Source: Candidatus Gorgyraea atricola (GTDB lineage: Bacteria > Omnitrophota > Gorgyraeia > Gorgyraeales > Gorgyraeaceae). From it: a DNA stretch of 64,000 bases. The notes under the pieces are model-generated. The model ran no database searches. It was not told where the DNA came from and worked only from the letters and a program-made list of their open reading frames with translations. The stretch lies in NCBI GenBank assembly GCA_030765235.1, contig JAVCCW010000029.1:76939-140938 (forward strand), in the 5' to 3' direction. Of the stretch, positions 32,459 through 42,183 are shown piece after piece. A program made the position numbers and the translations under genes. The stretch's first letter is position 1. Every line of letters starts with the position of its first letter.

Positions 32459-33127
32459 ATGAATGTCGCAGCCATAGTTCCCGCCGCAGGTAAAGGTAGG
32501 CGCATAAAATCAAAGATAGCCAAGCCACATATAAAGCTTTGCGGCAAACCAATACTTGCGCATACGCTAGTCAGGCTTTCAAAGAATAAACACATAAAAG
32601 AGATCATTGTCAGCGTCGATAAAAAACATATAGCAAGGGTCAAGAGATTCAAGATCAAGAATGTAAAGGTAGTAGCTGGAGGAAGGGAAAGAAAGCACTC
32701 CGTGCTTAATGCATTGAAAAAGGTGTCTAGCAACATAGATTATGTATTGATCCACGATGGCGTGAGACCCTTTCTTACTGATAAATTAATAAACGCCTCT
32801 TTAAAGGCAGCTCGCTCTTTTGGCGCAAGTGTTGTCGCGGTACCTGTAAAACCTACCTTGAAATGCGCTGGGAGGAGAGGCTGTGTAGCATACACGCCTG
32901 ATAGGACAAAGTTTTGGGAGGCGCAGACACCTCAGGTATTCAAAAGAGATTTAATAGAGAAGGCATACAGGGCCATTGGCAAGAAAAACATAACAGATGA
33001 TTCCATGCTGGTCGAGCTCCTGGGCATAAAACCAAAACTAGTCATGGGCTCGTACAGAAATATAAAGATCACGACAGAAGAAGATTTGAAACTGGCAAAG
33101 ATGTTGTGTAGTTTACCTCCTCTGTAG
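32459..33127 (+). CDS. ispD: 2-C-methyl-D-erythritol 4-phosphate cytidylyltransferase
   Basis: PAAGKGRR, IHDGVRPF, QTPQVF, NIKITT. Confidence 0.95.
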   Translation: MNVAAIVPAAGKGRRIKSKIAKPHIKLCGKPILAHTLVRLSKNKHIKEIIVSVDKKHIARVKRFKIKNVKVVAGGRERKHSVLNALKKVSSNIDYVLIHDGVRPFLTDKLINASLKAARSFGASVVAVPVKPTLKCAGRRGCVAYTPDRTKFWEAQTPQVFKRDLIEKAYRAIGKKNITDDSMLVELLGIKPKLVMGSYRNIKITTEEDLKLAKMLCSLPPL

Positions 33128-33157
33128 GCCAGGTTTAAACCTGGCCTACAGAGGAGG
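33116..33157. repeat. Extended family A palindrome (42 bp) supplying the ispD stop
   Basis: cctcctct-[26-bp core]-agaggagg. Confidence 0.9.
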
Positions 33158-33176
33158 AGGGAAATAGGAGGCACAT

Positions 33177-33647
33177 ATGCGTGTAGGAATAGGTTATGAC
33201 ATACATAGATTTGTTGATGATAAGCCTCTTATGTTGGGTGGGATCGAGATCCCGCATATCAAAGGGCTTTCCGGGCATTCAGATGGAGATTCACTCCTGC
33301 ATGCAATATGCGATGCAATACTTGGGGCCGCGGGCATGGACGATATAGGCCATCAGTTCCCTAACAATGATGATAGATACGCTGGTATAGCGAGTAGTGA
33401 ACTCTTAAAAATGGTTGCGGATAAGATAAATAAAAAAGGCTTTAAAGTCGACTATGTGGATTCTGTGATCATATTGGAGGAACCCAAGATAGCGCCTTTT
33501 AAAGATGCCATGAGGCAAGAGATAGCAAAGACACTAGGGATAGCTAAGGAGAGCGTCAATGTCAAGGCAACGACACAAGAGGGTATTGGCGCGCTTGGCA
33601 GAGGCGAGGCCATAGCGGCGTATGCCGTAGCTTCTTTAGTGAAATAA
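33177..33647 (+). CDS. ispF: MECDP synthase
   Basis: GIGYDIH, GHSDGD, DIG..FP, VKATT. Confidence 0.96.
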   Translation: MRVGIGYDIHRFVDDKPLMLGGIEIPHIKGLSGHSDGDSLLHAICDAILGAAGMDDIGHQFPNNDDRYAGIASSELLKMVADKINKKGFKVDYVDSVIILEEPKIAPFKDAMRQEIAKTLGIAKESVNVKATTQEGIGALGRGEAIAAYAVASLVK

Positions 33648-33649
33648 AA

Positions 33650-35011
33650 ATGAAGATATATAATACGCTTAAGAGAAAAAAGGAAAGTTTCGAGCCCAAG
33701 AGAAAAATCGGTATGTACGTATGCGGCCCAACGGTTTACGACGCGCCTCATATCGGTCACGCGAGAAGCGCTTATGCATTTGATGTGATACGCCGGTATT
33801 TTGAATATAAAAAACACAAGGTTACTTTTGTAAGAAATGTCACTGATGTCGACGATAAGATAATCAATAAAGCGAGAGATGAATTTAAGAAAGAGGATTT
33901 AAATAGCGCGGTAAAAAAGGTCTCAGATAAATACCTCAAGGTCTATCATAAATACATGGATGATCTGGGTATCAAGCGGCCTGATAAAGAGCCAAAGGCC
34001 ACAGAGTATATAGGTAAGATGAAGGATTTTATCGCTATATTGATAAAAAAAGGCGTAGCTTATGAATCAGATGGCGATGTGTATTTTAATATTAAAAAGG
34101 CAAAGAAATATGGCAAATTGTCAAATCAGAGCATTGAGAACCTGGAGGTTGGGGCGCGAGTTTCTCCAAAAGAACACAAAAAGGACCCACTTGATTTTGC
34201 TCTTTGGAAAAAGGCCAAGGATGGTGAGCCTTATTGGGAGAGTCCATGGGGAAAAGGCAGACCTGGCTGGCATATAGAATGCTCGGTGATGAGCTCGGAT
34301 ATTTTAGGAGACGAGTTTGACATACACGGCGGAGGCATAGATCTTATCTTTCCGCACCACGAGAACGAGATTGCGCAATCAGAGGGCGCAGGAAAAAAAT
34401 TCGCGCGTTTTTGGATACACAACGGACTTTTGACTATCAATAAAGAAAAGATGGCCAAGTCCCTGGGAAATTTTATTACAATAGAAGAGATCCTGAGTAA
34501 ATATTCAGCAGACGTACTTAAGATATTATTCTTACAGACGCATTATTCTCATCCAGTGGATTTTTCCTGGGAGAGGATGGAAGAGGCGAAGAGGGCGATG
34601 GAGAGGTTCAGTATCGTGTTGGGCAGCTCCGATAGCAACAAGCGACAAGCAACAAGGGACAAGGGGGTTGAAGAATTTCGCAAGAGGTTTGAGGAGGCTA
34701 TGGATGATGATTTTAATACTCCAAGTGCACTTGCGGCGCTGTTCGATTTAGTTACGTATGTTAATAAATTAGGGACAAGGGACAAGGGACAAGGGACAAG
34801 GGAGTTGTTGGATTTGGGTAGGGTGTTCGGGTTGTTTGAGAAAAGAAAAGTCCAGAAACTTAAGGTAGAGGTAAAAAAACTCATAGAGGAAAGAAATAAA
34901 GCCAGGAAGGAAAAGGATTTCAAGGCAGCGGATAAAATAAGAGAAAAATTAGATAAAATGGGCATTATACTCGAGGATCAAAAAGACGGCACCACCTGGC
35001 GAACGACCTAA
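33650..35011 (+). CDS. cysS: Cysteine--tRNA ligase
   Basis: YVCGPTVY, HIGH, PGWHIECS, KMAKS. Confidence 0.97.
   Translation: MKIYNTLKRKKESFEPKRKIGMYVCGPTVYDAPHIGHARSAYAFDVIRRYFEYKKHKVTFVRNVTDVDDKIINKARDEFKKEDLNSAVKKVSDKYLKVYHKYMDDLGIKRPDKEPKATEYIGKMKDFIAILIKKGVAYESDGDVYFNIKKAKKYGKLSNQSIENLEVGARVSPKEHKKDPLDFALWKKAKDGEPYWESPWGKGRPGWHIECSVMSSDILGDEFDIHGGGIDLIFPHHENEIAQSEGAGKKFARFWIHNGLLTINKEKMAKSLGNFITIEEILSKYSADVLKILFLQTHYSHPVDFSWERMEEAKRAMERFSIVLGSSDSNKRQATRDKGVEEFRKRFEEAMDDDFNTPSALAALFDLVTYVNKLGTRDKGQGTRELLDLGRVFGLFEKRKVQKLKVEVKKLIEERNKARKEKDFKAADKIREKLDKMGIILEDQKDGTTWRTT
34771..34802 (+). repeat. AGGGACA heptamer tandem (x4.5) inside cysS
   Basis: Direct reading; related tracts at 7651-7683 (minus strand), 34635-34663 and 55272-55303. 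Confidence 0.85.
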
Positions 35012-35080
35012 CTTTACTTGGCAAGGCTGGACCTCGGCTTTTTTAAAAAAGCCGAGGTCCAGCCTTGCCAAGTAAAGTTA
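35009..35080. repeat. Family B perfect palindrome (72 bp) starting at the cysS stop
   Basis: Identical to 9137-9210 except for a T6A6 centre. Confidence 0.92.
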
Positions 35081-35093
35081 GGTTAAGGGGATC

Positions 35094-35714
35094 ATGAATA
35101 AGCGGGGATTGTTCATCACATTCGAAGGGCCGGAAGGGAGTGGTAAGAGTACACATTCTAAGCTCTTGTGTGATTTTTTGAGGGAAAAAGGTCATAAGGT
35201 TTTATATACCAGGGAGCCGGGCGGCACGCTTATCAGTGAAAAGATACGCAAGGTATTGCTGGACCCCAAGAATAAAGGCATGGATGTAGCATGTGAGATG
35301 CTTTTATATATTGCCGCGAGGGCGCAGATCATAAAGGAAAAGATCTTACCCGCGTTAAAGAGAGGCGAGATCGTAGTCTGTGATAGATTTACAGATGCTA
35401 CGCTTGTTTATCAGGGATATGCAGGAGGAATTGATTTAAAGACCATAAAGGACATAAATACGATTGCTACAAAGGGTATATCTCCTGAAGTTACTTTTTT
35501 ATTGGACATAGAGGCGAAAAAGGGACTTTTACGTTCAGGAAAAAATAAAGACAGGATGGAGAGAAAATCACTCCTCTTTCATAAAAAGGTCAGGCAGGGA
35601 TATCTGATGATCGCCCGCAAGGAACCGCGCAGGGTAAGGATACTTTCAGCGATAGGGGAGATTTCAGAAACGCAGGAGAAAATTAGAAAAATAGTTTTAA
35701 AGTTAATAGGTTAG
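35094..35714 (+). CDS. tmk: Thymidylate kinase
   Basis: FEGPEGSGKST, TREPGG, CDRF...YQG. Confidence 0.96.
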   Translation: MNKRGLFITFEGPEGSGKSTHSKLLCDFLREKGHKVLYTREPGGTLISEKIRKVLLDPKNKGMDVACEMLLYIAARAQIIKEKILPALKRGEIVVCDRFTDATLVYQGYAGGIDLKTIKDINTIATKGISPEVTFLLDIEAKKGLLRSGKNKDRMERKSLLFHKKVRQGYLMIARKEPRRVRILSAIGEISETQEKIRKIVLKLIG

Positions 35715-35839
35715 TTGTGAGGGTGAGGATGAGTTATGGGTTGTGGGTCGAGTTGTGAGGTGTAGGTAGTGAGTAAAAACACACAACCCATCCTCACAAC
35801 CCGACACATAACTCACAACACACCCACACAACACACAAC
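35712..35839. repeat. Inverted GTTGTG/CACAAC simple-repeat element
   Basis: Related to 16277-16411. Confidence 0.8.
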
Positions 35840-35851
35840 AAAATAATAGAT

Positions 35852-36793
35852 ATGTCATTCGAAAATATAATCGGGCAAGACATAGCGGTTAATTCGCTTA
35901 AGGGCATAATCGCGCAGGATACAGCAAGGGGGAGCTATCTATTTTTCGGACCTGACGGCATTGGTAAGCGCACTGCGGCCATTGAGTTCGCAAAGGCCAT
36001 AAATCACGATGATATAGCGTCCAGAAAAATAGATTCTGGGAATCACCCGGATGTATTTATCGTATATCCAGAAGGAAAGTCCAGTTCTATAAAGATAGAG
36101 AAGATAAGAGAGATAATCTATCAGGCGAGCCTGAAGCCGTATGAGGCAAAGAAAAGGATCTTTATCATAAGCGATGCAGAGGCCATGACCCTGGAGGCGC
36201 AGAATGCGCTTTTAAAGCTTCTGGAGGAGCCGCCGCAGAATCATATATTGATATTGACCAGCTCTAATGCCGCAGCGCTACTCCCTACGGTTTTATCGAG
36301 ATGCAAGGTCGTGAAGTTTTATTCTCTTAGCCAGAGTAGAATTCAGGAATTTCTTGAGGCGCGGAACATGGAAGAAAAAGAGGCTGTGCTATTTTCGCAT
36401 ATGGCAATGGGTAGCCTTGGCAGGGCAATGGAGCTCAAGGAAGGGGATATTATTGCGCGACGCGACCAGGTCGTGAATGATTTTTTCTTGAGAAAGAGCG
36501 CGCTTTTAAAAGAAAATGTTTTATCAGGGGATTTGCTAAAGAATATCGGCCAGTCTCTATATATGCTTTTGTGCTGGTACAGGGATCTATTGGTGTCAAA
36601 ATTTACACAGGCACCTGACGAATTATTAAATGCGGATCGTTCACGCGAGATCTTTTCGTACGCGTCCAGGTTTTCAAGAGAGAAATTACAGAAAGATGTC
36701 TTGGCCATAATGAAGACAATAGGCCATGTGAGAGCGAATGTAAATCCAAAAATAGCGCTTTTCAATTTAGCAGTGGAACTGAAACGAGGTTAA
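35852..36793 (+). CDS. holB: DNA polymerase III delta' subunit
   Basis: GPDGIGK, NHPD, AQNALLKLLEEPP, TVLSRC. Confidence 0.93.
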   Translation: MSFENIIGQDIAVNSLKGIIAQDTARGSYLFFGPDGIGKRTAAIEFAKAINHDDIASRKIDSGNHPDVFIVYPEGKSSSIKIEKIREIIYQASLKPYEAKKRIFIISDAEAMTLEAQNALLKLLEEPPQNHILILTSSNAAALLPTVLSRCKVVKFYSLSQSRIQEFLEARNMEEKEAVLFSHMAMGSLGRAMELKEGDIIARRDQVVNDFFLRKSALLKENVLSGDLLKNIGQSLYMLLCWYRDLLVSKFTQAPDELLNADRSREIFSYASRFSREKLQKDVLAIMKTIGHVRANVNPKIALFNLAVELKRG

Positions 36794-36794
36794 C

Positions 36795-37580
36795 GTGAAG
36801 GAAGTGATTCAAGTCAGATTAAGAGAGGCAGGTATTACCTTATATTATGAACCCAATGATATGAAGCCGAAGGTGGGGGACTATGTGATCGTCGGAGTTG
36901 AAAGGGGTCAGGATTATGCTCAGGTGATAAGCGTGCCAGAGAGCATTTCAGAGGACAAGCTTAAAAAACCATTGAAGAAAATTGTGCGCATAGCTACAAA
37001 GGATGATATGGAGCGCATAAATGAAAACAAGAAGCGGATCAAGTACGCGTCCCAGACATGCACCAGAAAGATCCAGGAACGCAAGCTTGATATGAAGCTG
37101 ATCAATGTGGAATATTCCTTTGACAGGACAAAGCTTATTTTTTATTTTACCTCTGAAGGCAGGGTGGATTTCAGGGAGCTTGTAAAGGACCTGGCCCATA
37201 TATTTAAGGTAAGGATAGAGTTGAGGCAGGTAGGCGTCAGGGATGAGGCAAGGATGCTGGGCGGGTTCGGGCATTGCGGCCGGCCTCTGTGCTGCTCTAG
37301 TTTTTTAAAGGGTTTTGAGCCAGTGACGATAAGGATGGCAAAGGAACAGAATCTTCCGCTCAATCCTTCAAAGATCTCAGGCTGTTGCGGCAGGCTCATG
37401 TGTTGCCTGGGATATGAATATCAGAATTATAAGAAGTATCTAAAAGGACTCCCAAAAGAAGGCGAAAAGATAAAGACAAAGCATGGCAAGGGCAGGGTAG
37501 TAAGTGTAAACGCCTTAAGGCGCAAGGTAACTGTTGAACTGGAGGAAGGAAAGCATATAGAGTTAGATTACAATAAATGA
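36795..37580 (+). CDS. ricT: RicT/YaaT (PSP1) family protein
   Basis: RVDFRELVK, GRPLCC, KISG.CGRLMCCL.YE. Confidence 0.92.
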   Translation: MKEVIQVRLREAGITLYYEPNDMKPKVGDYVIVGVERGQDYAQVISVPESISEDKLKKPLKKIVRIATKDDMERINENKKRIKYASQTCTRKIQERKLDMKLINVEYSFDRTKLIFYFTSEGRVDFRELVKDLAHIFKVRIELRQVGVRDEARMLGGFGHCGRPLCCSSFLKGFEPVTIRMAKEQNLPLNPSKISGCCGRLMCCLGYEYQNYKKYLKGLPKEGEKIKTKHGKGRVVSVNALRRKVTVELEEGKHIELDYNK

Positions 37581-37699
37581 AATCCCAAATCCAAATACTA
37601 CCAAATCCCAAATAAATCCCAATTTCAAAATCCCAAAATTGGGATTTGGGATTTTGGATTTATTTGGTAGTATTGGTATTATTGGTAGTATTGGGATTT
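37580..37699. repeat. Inverted AAATCCC/GGGATTT heptamer array
   Basis: Shares a 30-nt identical tract with 47285-47366. Confidence 0.8.
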
Positions 37700-37708
37700 A
37701 TTAAAATT

Positions 37709-39193
37709 ATGAGAAAATTTTATATCACCACCCCCCTATATTACGTAAACGGTAATCCGCACATCGGGCATTCCTATACTAACATTGCCTGTGATGTGCT
37801 TGCCAGGTTCAGACGACTGCAAGGCGACGAAGTATTATTTGCCACAGGTACTGATGAGCATGGTCAGAAGATACAGGACTCAGCCAGTGAAAAAGGCATG
37901 GAGCCGAGGGCGTTTGTGGATAGCGTGGTGCCAAGGTTCAAGGATCTGTGGAAGCAGCTTAATATCTCATACGATGATTTTATCCGGACTACAGAGCCCA
38001 GACACGAAGAGGTGGTCAAAAAGATACTCGAGATGTTGCATAAGAATGGGGATCTCTATGAAGGCGAGTACAGCGGGTGGTATTGCACCCCGTGCGAAAG
38101 TTTTTGGACAGGGGCGCAGCTCATAGAGGAGAAGTGCCCTGACTGCAAGCGTCAGGTAGAACACATAAAAGAGAAGAATTTCTTTTTCAAGCTCTCCAAG
38201 TATCAGGGTTGGCTCGTAGATTACATTAATTCGCACGAAGATTTTATATTACCTGTTATAAGACGCAATGAGGTCTTAAGTTTTTTAAAAAACCCTTTGA
38301 ATGACCTGTGTGTCTCAAGGCCAAAATCAAGGCTTTCATGGGGAGTGGCAATGCCTTTTAGCGAAGACCATGTCACATATGTGTGGTTTGACGCGCTCAT
38401 AAATTATATAAGCGTATGTGGCTATGGCGATGATCCAAAGAAATTTAAAAAATTCTGGCCGGCAGACATACACATGATAGGTAAGGATATTTTAAGGATG
38501 CATGCGGTTAACTGGCCCATAATGCTTCATGCTGCAGGCATAGAGATGCCAAAGACAGTGTTCGCGCACGGCTGGTGGAAGATAAACGAGGACAAGATGT
38601 CTAAGTCCAAGGGCAATATAATAGATCCAAAGGAAATGGTAGATAGATTTGGCATTGACGCATATAGATATTTTCTTTTAAGAGAAGTGCCGTTTGGCAT
38701 GGATGGCTCGTTTTCGGAAAAGGCCTTGATATCAAGGATCAACAGCGACCTTGCTAATGATCTTGGTAATCTCCTGCACAGGACGCTTTCAATGATAGAG
38801 AAATATTTTGAAGGAGCTGTGCCTAAAAGGACGCGGAATGTTGATGAGCTTAGTAAATCTCTTATTGATAAGGCAAAGGGTTTGGAATCCGAGATCAAAG
38901 TAGCCCTGGATACTATAAATTTCAGCAAGGCGCTTACAGCCATATGGGAATTGATAAACATGGCGAATAAATTCATAGAACAGAAGGCGCCATGGAAGCT
39001 TTCTAAGGAAAAAAAGACTGACCAGTTAAAAGATATGATGCGTGATCTCTATGATGTCTTGAGCATAGTTTGCAGCGCACTATACCCGTTTATGCCGACT
39101 ACATCAGAGAATATGGCGATTCAACTCGGCCTTGCAAAGCCAGGTACCAAGATCAATAAAGGTAAACCACTTTTTCCCAGAATAGAGAAGTAA
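37709..39193 (+). CDS. metG: Methionine--tRNA ligase (short form)
   Basis: FYITTP.YYVN..PHIGH, YVWFDAL, KMSKS; start moved past the repeat. Confidence 0.96.
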   Translation: MRKFYITTPLYYVNGNPHIGHSYTNIACDVLARFRRLQGDEVLFATGTDEHGQKIQDSASEKGMEPRAFVDSVVPRFKDLWKQLNISYDDFIRTTEPRHEEVVKKILEMLHKNGDLYEGEYSGWYCTPCESFWTGAQLIEEKCPDCKRQVEHIKEKNFFFKLSKYQGWLVDYINSHEDFILPVIRRNEVLSFLKNPLNDLCVSRPKSRLSWGVAMPFSEDHVTYVWFDALINYISVCGYGDDPKKFKKFWPADIHMIGKDILRMHAVNWPIMLHAAGIEMPKTVFAHGWWKINEDKMSKSKGNIIDPKEMVDRFGIDAYRYFLLREVPFGMDGSFSEKALISRINSDLANDLGNLLHRTLSMIEKYFEGAVPKRTRNVDELSKSLIDKAKGLESEIKVALDTINFSKALTAIWELINMANKFIEQKAPWKLSKEKKTDQLKDMMRDLYDVLSIVCSALYPFMPTTSENMAIQLGLAKPGTKINKGKPLFPRIEK

Positions 39194-39202
39194 GGAGTCA
39201 AC

Positions 39203-40360
39203 ATGCGACAAATTTATTTAGATCATAACGCCACTACACCGCTTCGCAAGGAAGTTTTAGATGCCATGATGCCGTATCTTACTAGCGATTATGGCAATGC
39301 CTCGAGCGTGCACTCTAAAGGTCAGTCTGCGCTTAAGGCAGTGGAATCCTCAAGAGAGATAATAGGTAATGCCATAGCTACAGAGCCAGTGGATATCGTC
39401 TTTACATCAGGCGGCACAGAATCTGATAATTTTGCGATAAAGGGCGTTGCGATCGCAAATCTTGATAAAGGCAGGCATCTCATAACTACACAGATAGAGC
39501 ATCACGCGGTCCTGGAGTCATGCAAATTTTTAGAAGAGCAGCTTGGGTTTGAAGTGACGTACCTGCCTGTTGACAAATATGGCGTGGTGGATTTAAACAG
39601 ATTAAAGGAAGCGATAAGAAAAGATACAGTTCTTGTTTCAGTTATGTTTGCCAATAACGAGATAGGTACTATCCAGCCAATAAAGGAGATCGCAAAGATC
39701 ACGAAAAAAAATGGCGTGTATTTTCACACAGACGCGGTTCAGGCCCTGGGCAAGGAATCTATAGATGTGGAAGATCTAGGCGTGGACCTCTGTTCATTTT
39801 CTGCCCATAAATTAAGTGGGCCAAAGGGTATAGGAGCGTCATACATCCGGAAGGGTGTTAAGATCGTACCTTTTCAGGCTGGCGGGTATCACGAGAGAAA
39901 GAGAAGGGCTGGGACATTGAATGTGCCTGGTATTGTTGGTTTCGCAAAGGCCATGGAGATAGCAAAGCGCGATATGAAGAAAAACAATAAACACATGAAA
40001 AGGTTGAATAAAAAATTACTGACTGGCCTCCAGAAAGAGCTCGATGAGATCTACCTGAATGGCCATCCGGATAACAGGCTCTCAAATACCCTTAATGTAA
40101 GTTTCAGGTATATTGAAGGAGAGTCATTGATATTGAATTTTGACATGAAGGGTATATTTGCCTCGACAGGTTCTGCCTGCACGTCTGGTTCGCTGGAAAC
40201 TTCTCATGTCCTTACCAGTATAGGAGTCCCGCCAGATCGCTCGCAAGGTTCTATAAGGTTCTCATTCGGTTACGAAAATAAAGACGAGGACGTAGATTAT
40301 TGCCTGATAGAGATCCCGCCTGTAGTAAAAAGACTCAGAGAAATGTCCCCTCTATGTTAA
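39203..40360 (+). CDS. iscS: Cysteine desulfurase (IscS/NifS group I)
   Basis: YLDHNATTP, SAHK, STGSACTS. Confidence 0.9.
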   Translation: MRQIYLDHNATTPLRKEVLDAMMPYLTSDYGNASSVHSKGQSALKAVESSREIIGNAIATEPVDIVFTSGGTESDNFAIKGVAIANLDKGRHLITTQIEHHAVLESCKFLEEQLGFEVTYLPVDKYGVVDLNRLKEAIRKDTVLVSVMFANNEIGTIQPIKEIAKITKKNGVYFHTDAVQALGKESIDVEDLGVDLCSFSAHKLSGPKGIGASYIRKGVKIVPFQAGGYHERKRRAGTLNVPGIVGFAKAMEIAKRDMKKNNKHMKRLNKKLLTGLQKELDEIYLNGHPDNRLSNTLNVSFRYIEGESLILNFDMKGIFASTGSACTSGSLETSHVLTSIGVPPDRSQGSIRFSFGYENKDEDVDYCLIEIPPVVKRLREMSPLC

Positions 40361-41121
40361 TAGACACACACTGCCATCTGGATTTTAAGAATTTTGACGA
40401 AGATAGGAGTGAAGTCATTGCTCGTTCAAAAGAACAGGGCATAGAATTTATCATCAATGTTGGTTCCAGTATGGAAGGTACTAAAAGGTCTCTGGAGCTC
40501 GCAGAGAAGCATGAATTTATATACGCCGCAGCAGGTATCCATCCGCACGACGCTGATCATGCAGGAGATGAGGATCTGGAATCATTCAGAAGATTTTTTG
40601 AGAGCAAAAAAGTCGTCGCGGTCGGGGAGATAGGCCTTGATTATTATAAAAATATCTCATCAAAAGAGAACCAGAAGAAATTATTTATAAAATTATTGCG
40701 CGAGGCAAAAGAAAGAGAATTACCTATTATTATCCATAATCGCGACGCCCATAAAGATACATTAGCTATTTTAAGAAAAGAGATAGGGAAGTCTATAAAG
40801 GGTGTTATGCATTGTTTTTCAGGAGACGAGGCCCTGCTTAGGGAGTGTCTGGACCTTGGCATGCATGTATCTTTTACCTGTAATCTTACATTTAAGAATG
40901 CTGGTAGGCTGCGCGATATAGCAAGGCTCGTGCCCATGGAGAGACTTCTGCTTGAGACAGACGCGCCTTTTTTAGCGCCGCAGGAGTTTAGGGGAAAGCG
41001 CAATGAACCCATGTATGTGAAGTATTTGGCTGAGGAGATCGCGAATATAAAAGGTCTAGACTTTAAAGAAGTCGCGAAGATTACAACGGAGAATGCAAAG
41101 AGGTTGTTTGGATTATGCTAG
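40354..41121 (+). CDS. tatD: TatD-family deoxyribonuclease
   Basis: IDTHCHL, GIHPH, GEIGLDY, LETDAPFL. Confidence 0.95.
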   Translation: MLIDTHCHLDFKNFDEDRSEVIARSKEQGIEFIINVGSSMEGTKRSLELAEKHEFIYAAAGIHPHDADHAGDEDLESFRRFFESKKVVAVGEIGLDYYKNISSKENQKKLFIKLLREAKERELPIIIHNRDAHKDTLAILRKEIGKSIKGVMHCFSGDEALLRECLDLGMHVSFTCNLTFKNAGRLRDIARLVPMERLLLETDAPFLAPQEFRGKRNEPMYVKYLAEEIANIKGLDFKEVAKITTENAKRLFGLC

Positions 41122-42173
41122 AGTTCATCAGGCGTGAAAAGATATATTTCCTAATACTCTTTTTTATATTAGCTGTAAATTTGATGCAGGTAAAGACCGT
41201 AAAAAAAGAGACGCCTAGTGAAAAGTCTTTGTCTTCGATGAACTTTGAGGAACTGGGTGTTACAGAAGAAAAGGTTAAGGACTTTTTCGAGTCTGATAAG
41301 TTCAGCGCAAAATTCTTTAAGTATCTTGTATACTTTGGATTTTTTATATTTGCCCTGTCTTTGGTGCTGAATCTTGTTTTTATTTTTAGGGGAAAGCCCC
41401 GTCTCTGTAGGCCGGGTTTAAACCCGGCCTACAGAGACGGGGTGGAGATAGGGAGAAAGGGTGCGGGAGCACCATGGGAGATACTGGACATATTCAGGGC
41501 AGTCCTTATTATAATATTTGCAGGTTATGTGCTGGCGATCATCGAGGCGTATGTCGTGAAGTCCTTTCATCTTGAATTGACTATGAATCTACGCATGATA
41601 ATCAATACCTTTTTTATAGATATTGTTGCAGCGATGGTGATCTTGTATTTTGTCATGGTCAAATACAAAAAGAACATACAGGAGTTGGGACTAAAGACCT
41701 CTTCTTTTTTAAGAAATATTTTATCTGGCATAACTGCCTATATTTTTATGTTGCCGGTTTTGCTGGTAATATTGATCTTCTCTATATGGATCTTGAATGC
41801 GTTGGGATATACGCCGCCGCCTCAGCCTGTATTTGAGGTGTTCATGGAAGAGAAGAAGAGCCTGGTGCTTTTATTTCTGACAGTCTTTGTATCAGTGCTT
41901 GGGCCTATAGTAGAAGAGGTCTTTTTTAGAGGGTTTATGTACAGTGCTGTAAGAAAGCATACAGGTGTATTGGCCGCGGCATTTTTAAGTGGCGCTATTT
42001 TTAGTATGCTGCATACAAACATCGTTGGATTTTTACCCATAATGGCGCTGGGCGTGCTTTTGGCATATCTCTACGAGACTACAGGTTCGCTTGTGGCGTC
42101 GATAAGTGTTCATATATTGCATAATTCCATTATCGTGGCTTTTGTATTTTTTCTAAAAGAATTAATAGGTTAG
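41115..42173 (+). CDS. CPBP (Abi/CAAX) family intramembrane protease with in-frame palindrome
   Basis: EEVFFRG, FSMLH, HILHN. Confidence 0.9.
   Translation: MLEFIRREKIYFLILFFILAVNLMQVKTVKKETPSEKSLSSMNFEELGVTEEKVKDFFESDKFSAKFFKYLVYFGFFIFALSLVLNLVFIFRGKPRLCRPGLNPAYRDGVEIGRKGAGAPWEILDIFRAVLIIIFAGYVLAIIEAYVVKSFHLELTMNLRMIINTFFIDIVAAMVILYFVMVKYKKNIQELGLKTSSFLRNILSGITAYIFMLPVLLVILIFSIWILNALGYTPPPQPVFEVFMEEKKSLVLLFLTVFVSVLGPIVEEVFFRGFMYSAVRKHTGVLAAAFLSGAIFSMLHTNIVGFLPIMALGVLLAYLYETTGSLVASISVHILHNSIIVAFVFFLKELIG
41397..41442. repeat. Family A variant inside a 46-bp perfect palindrome, in frame
   Basis: ccccgtctct-GTAGGCCGGGTTTAAACCCGGCCTAC-agagacgggg. Confidence 0.9.
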
Positions 42174-42183
42174 GCCCAAATTA

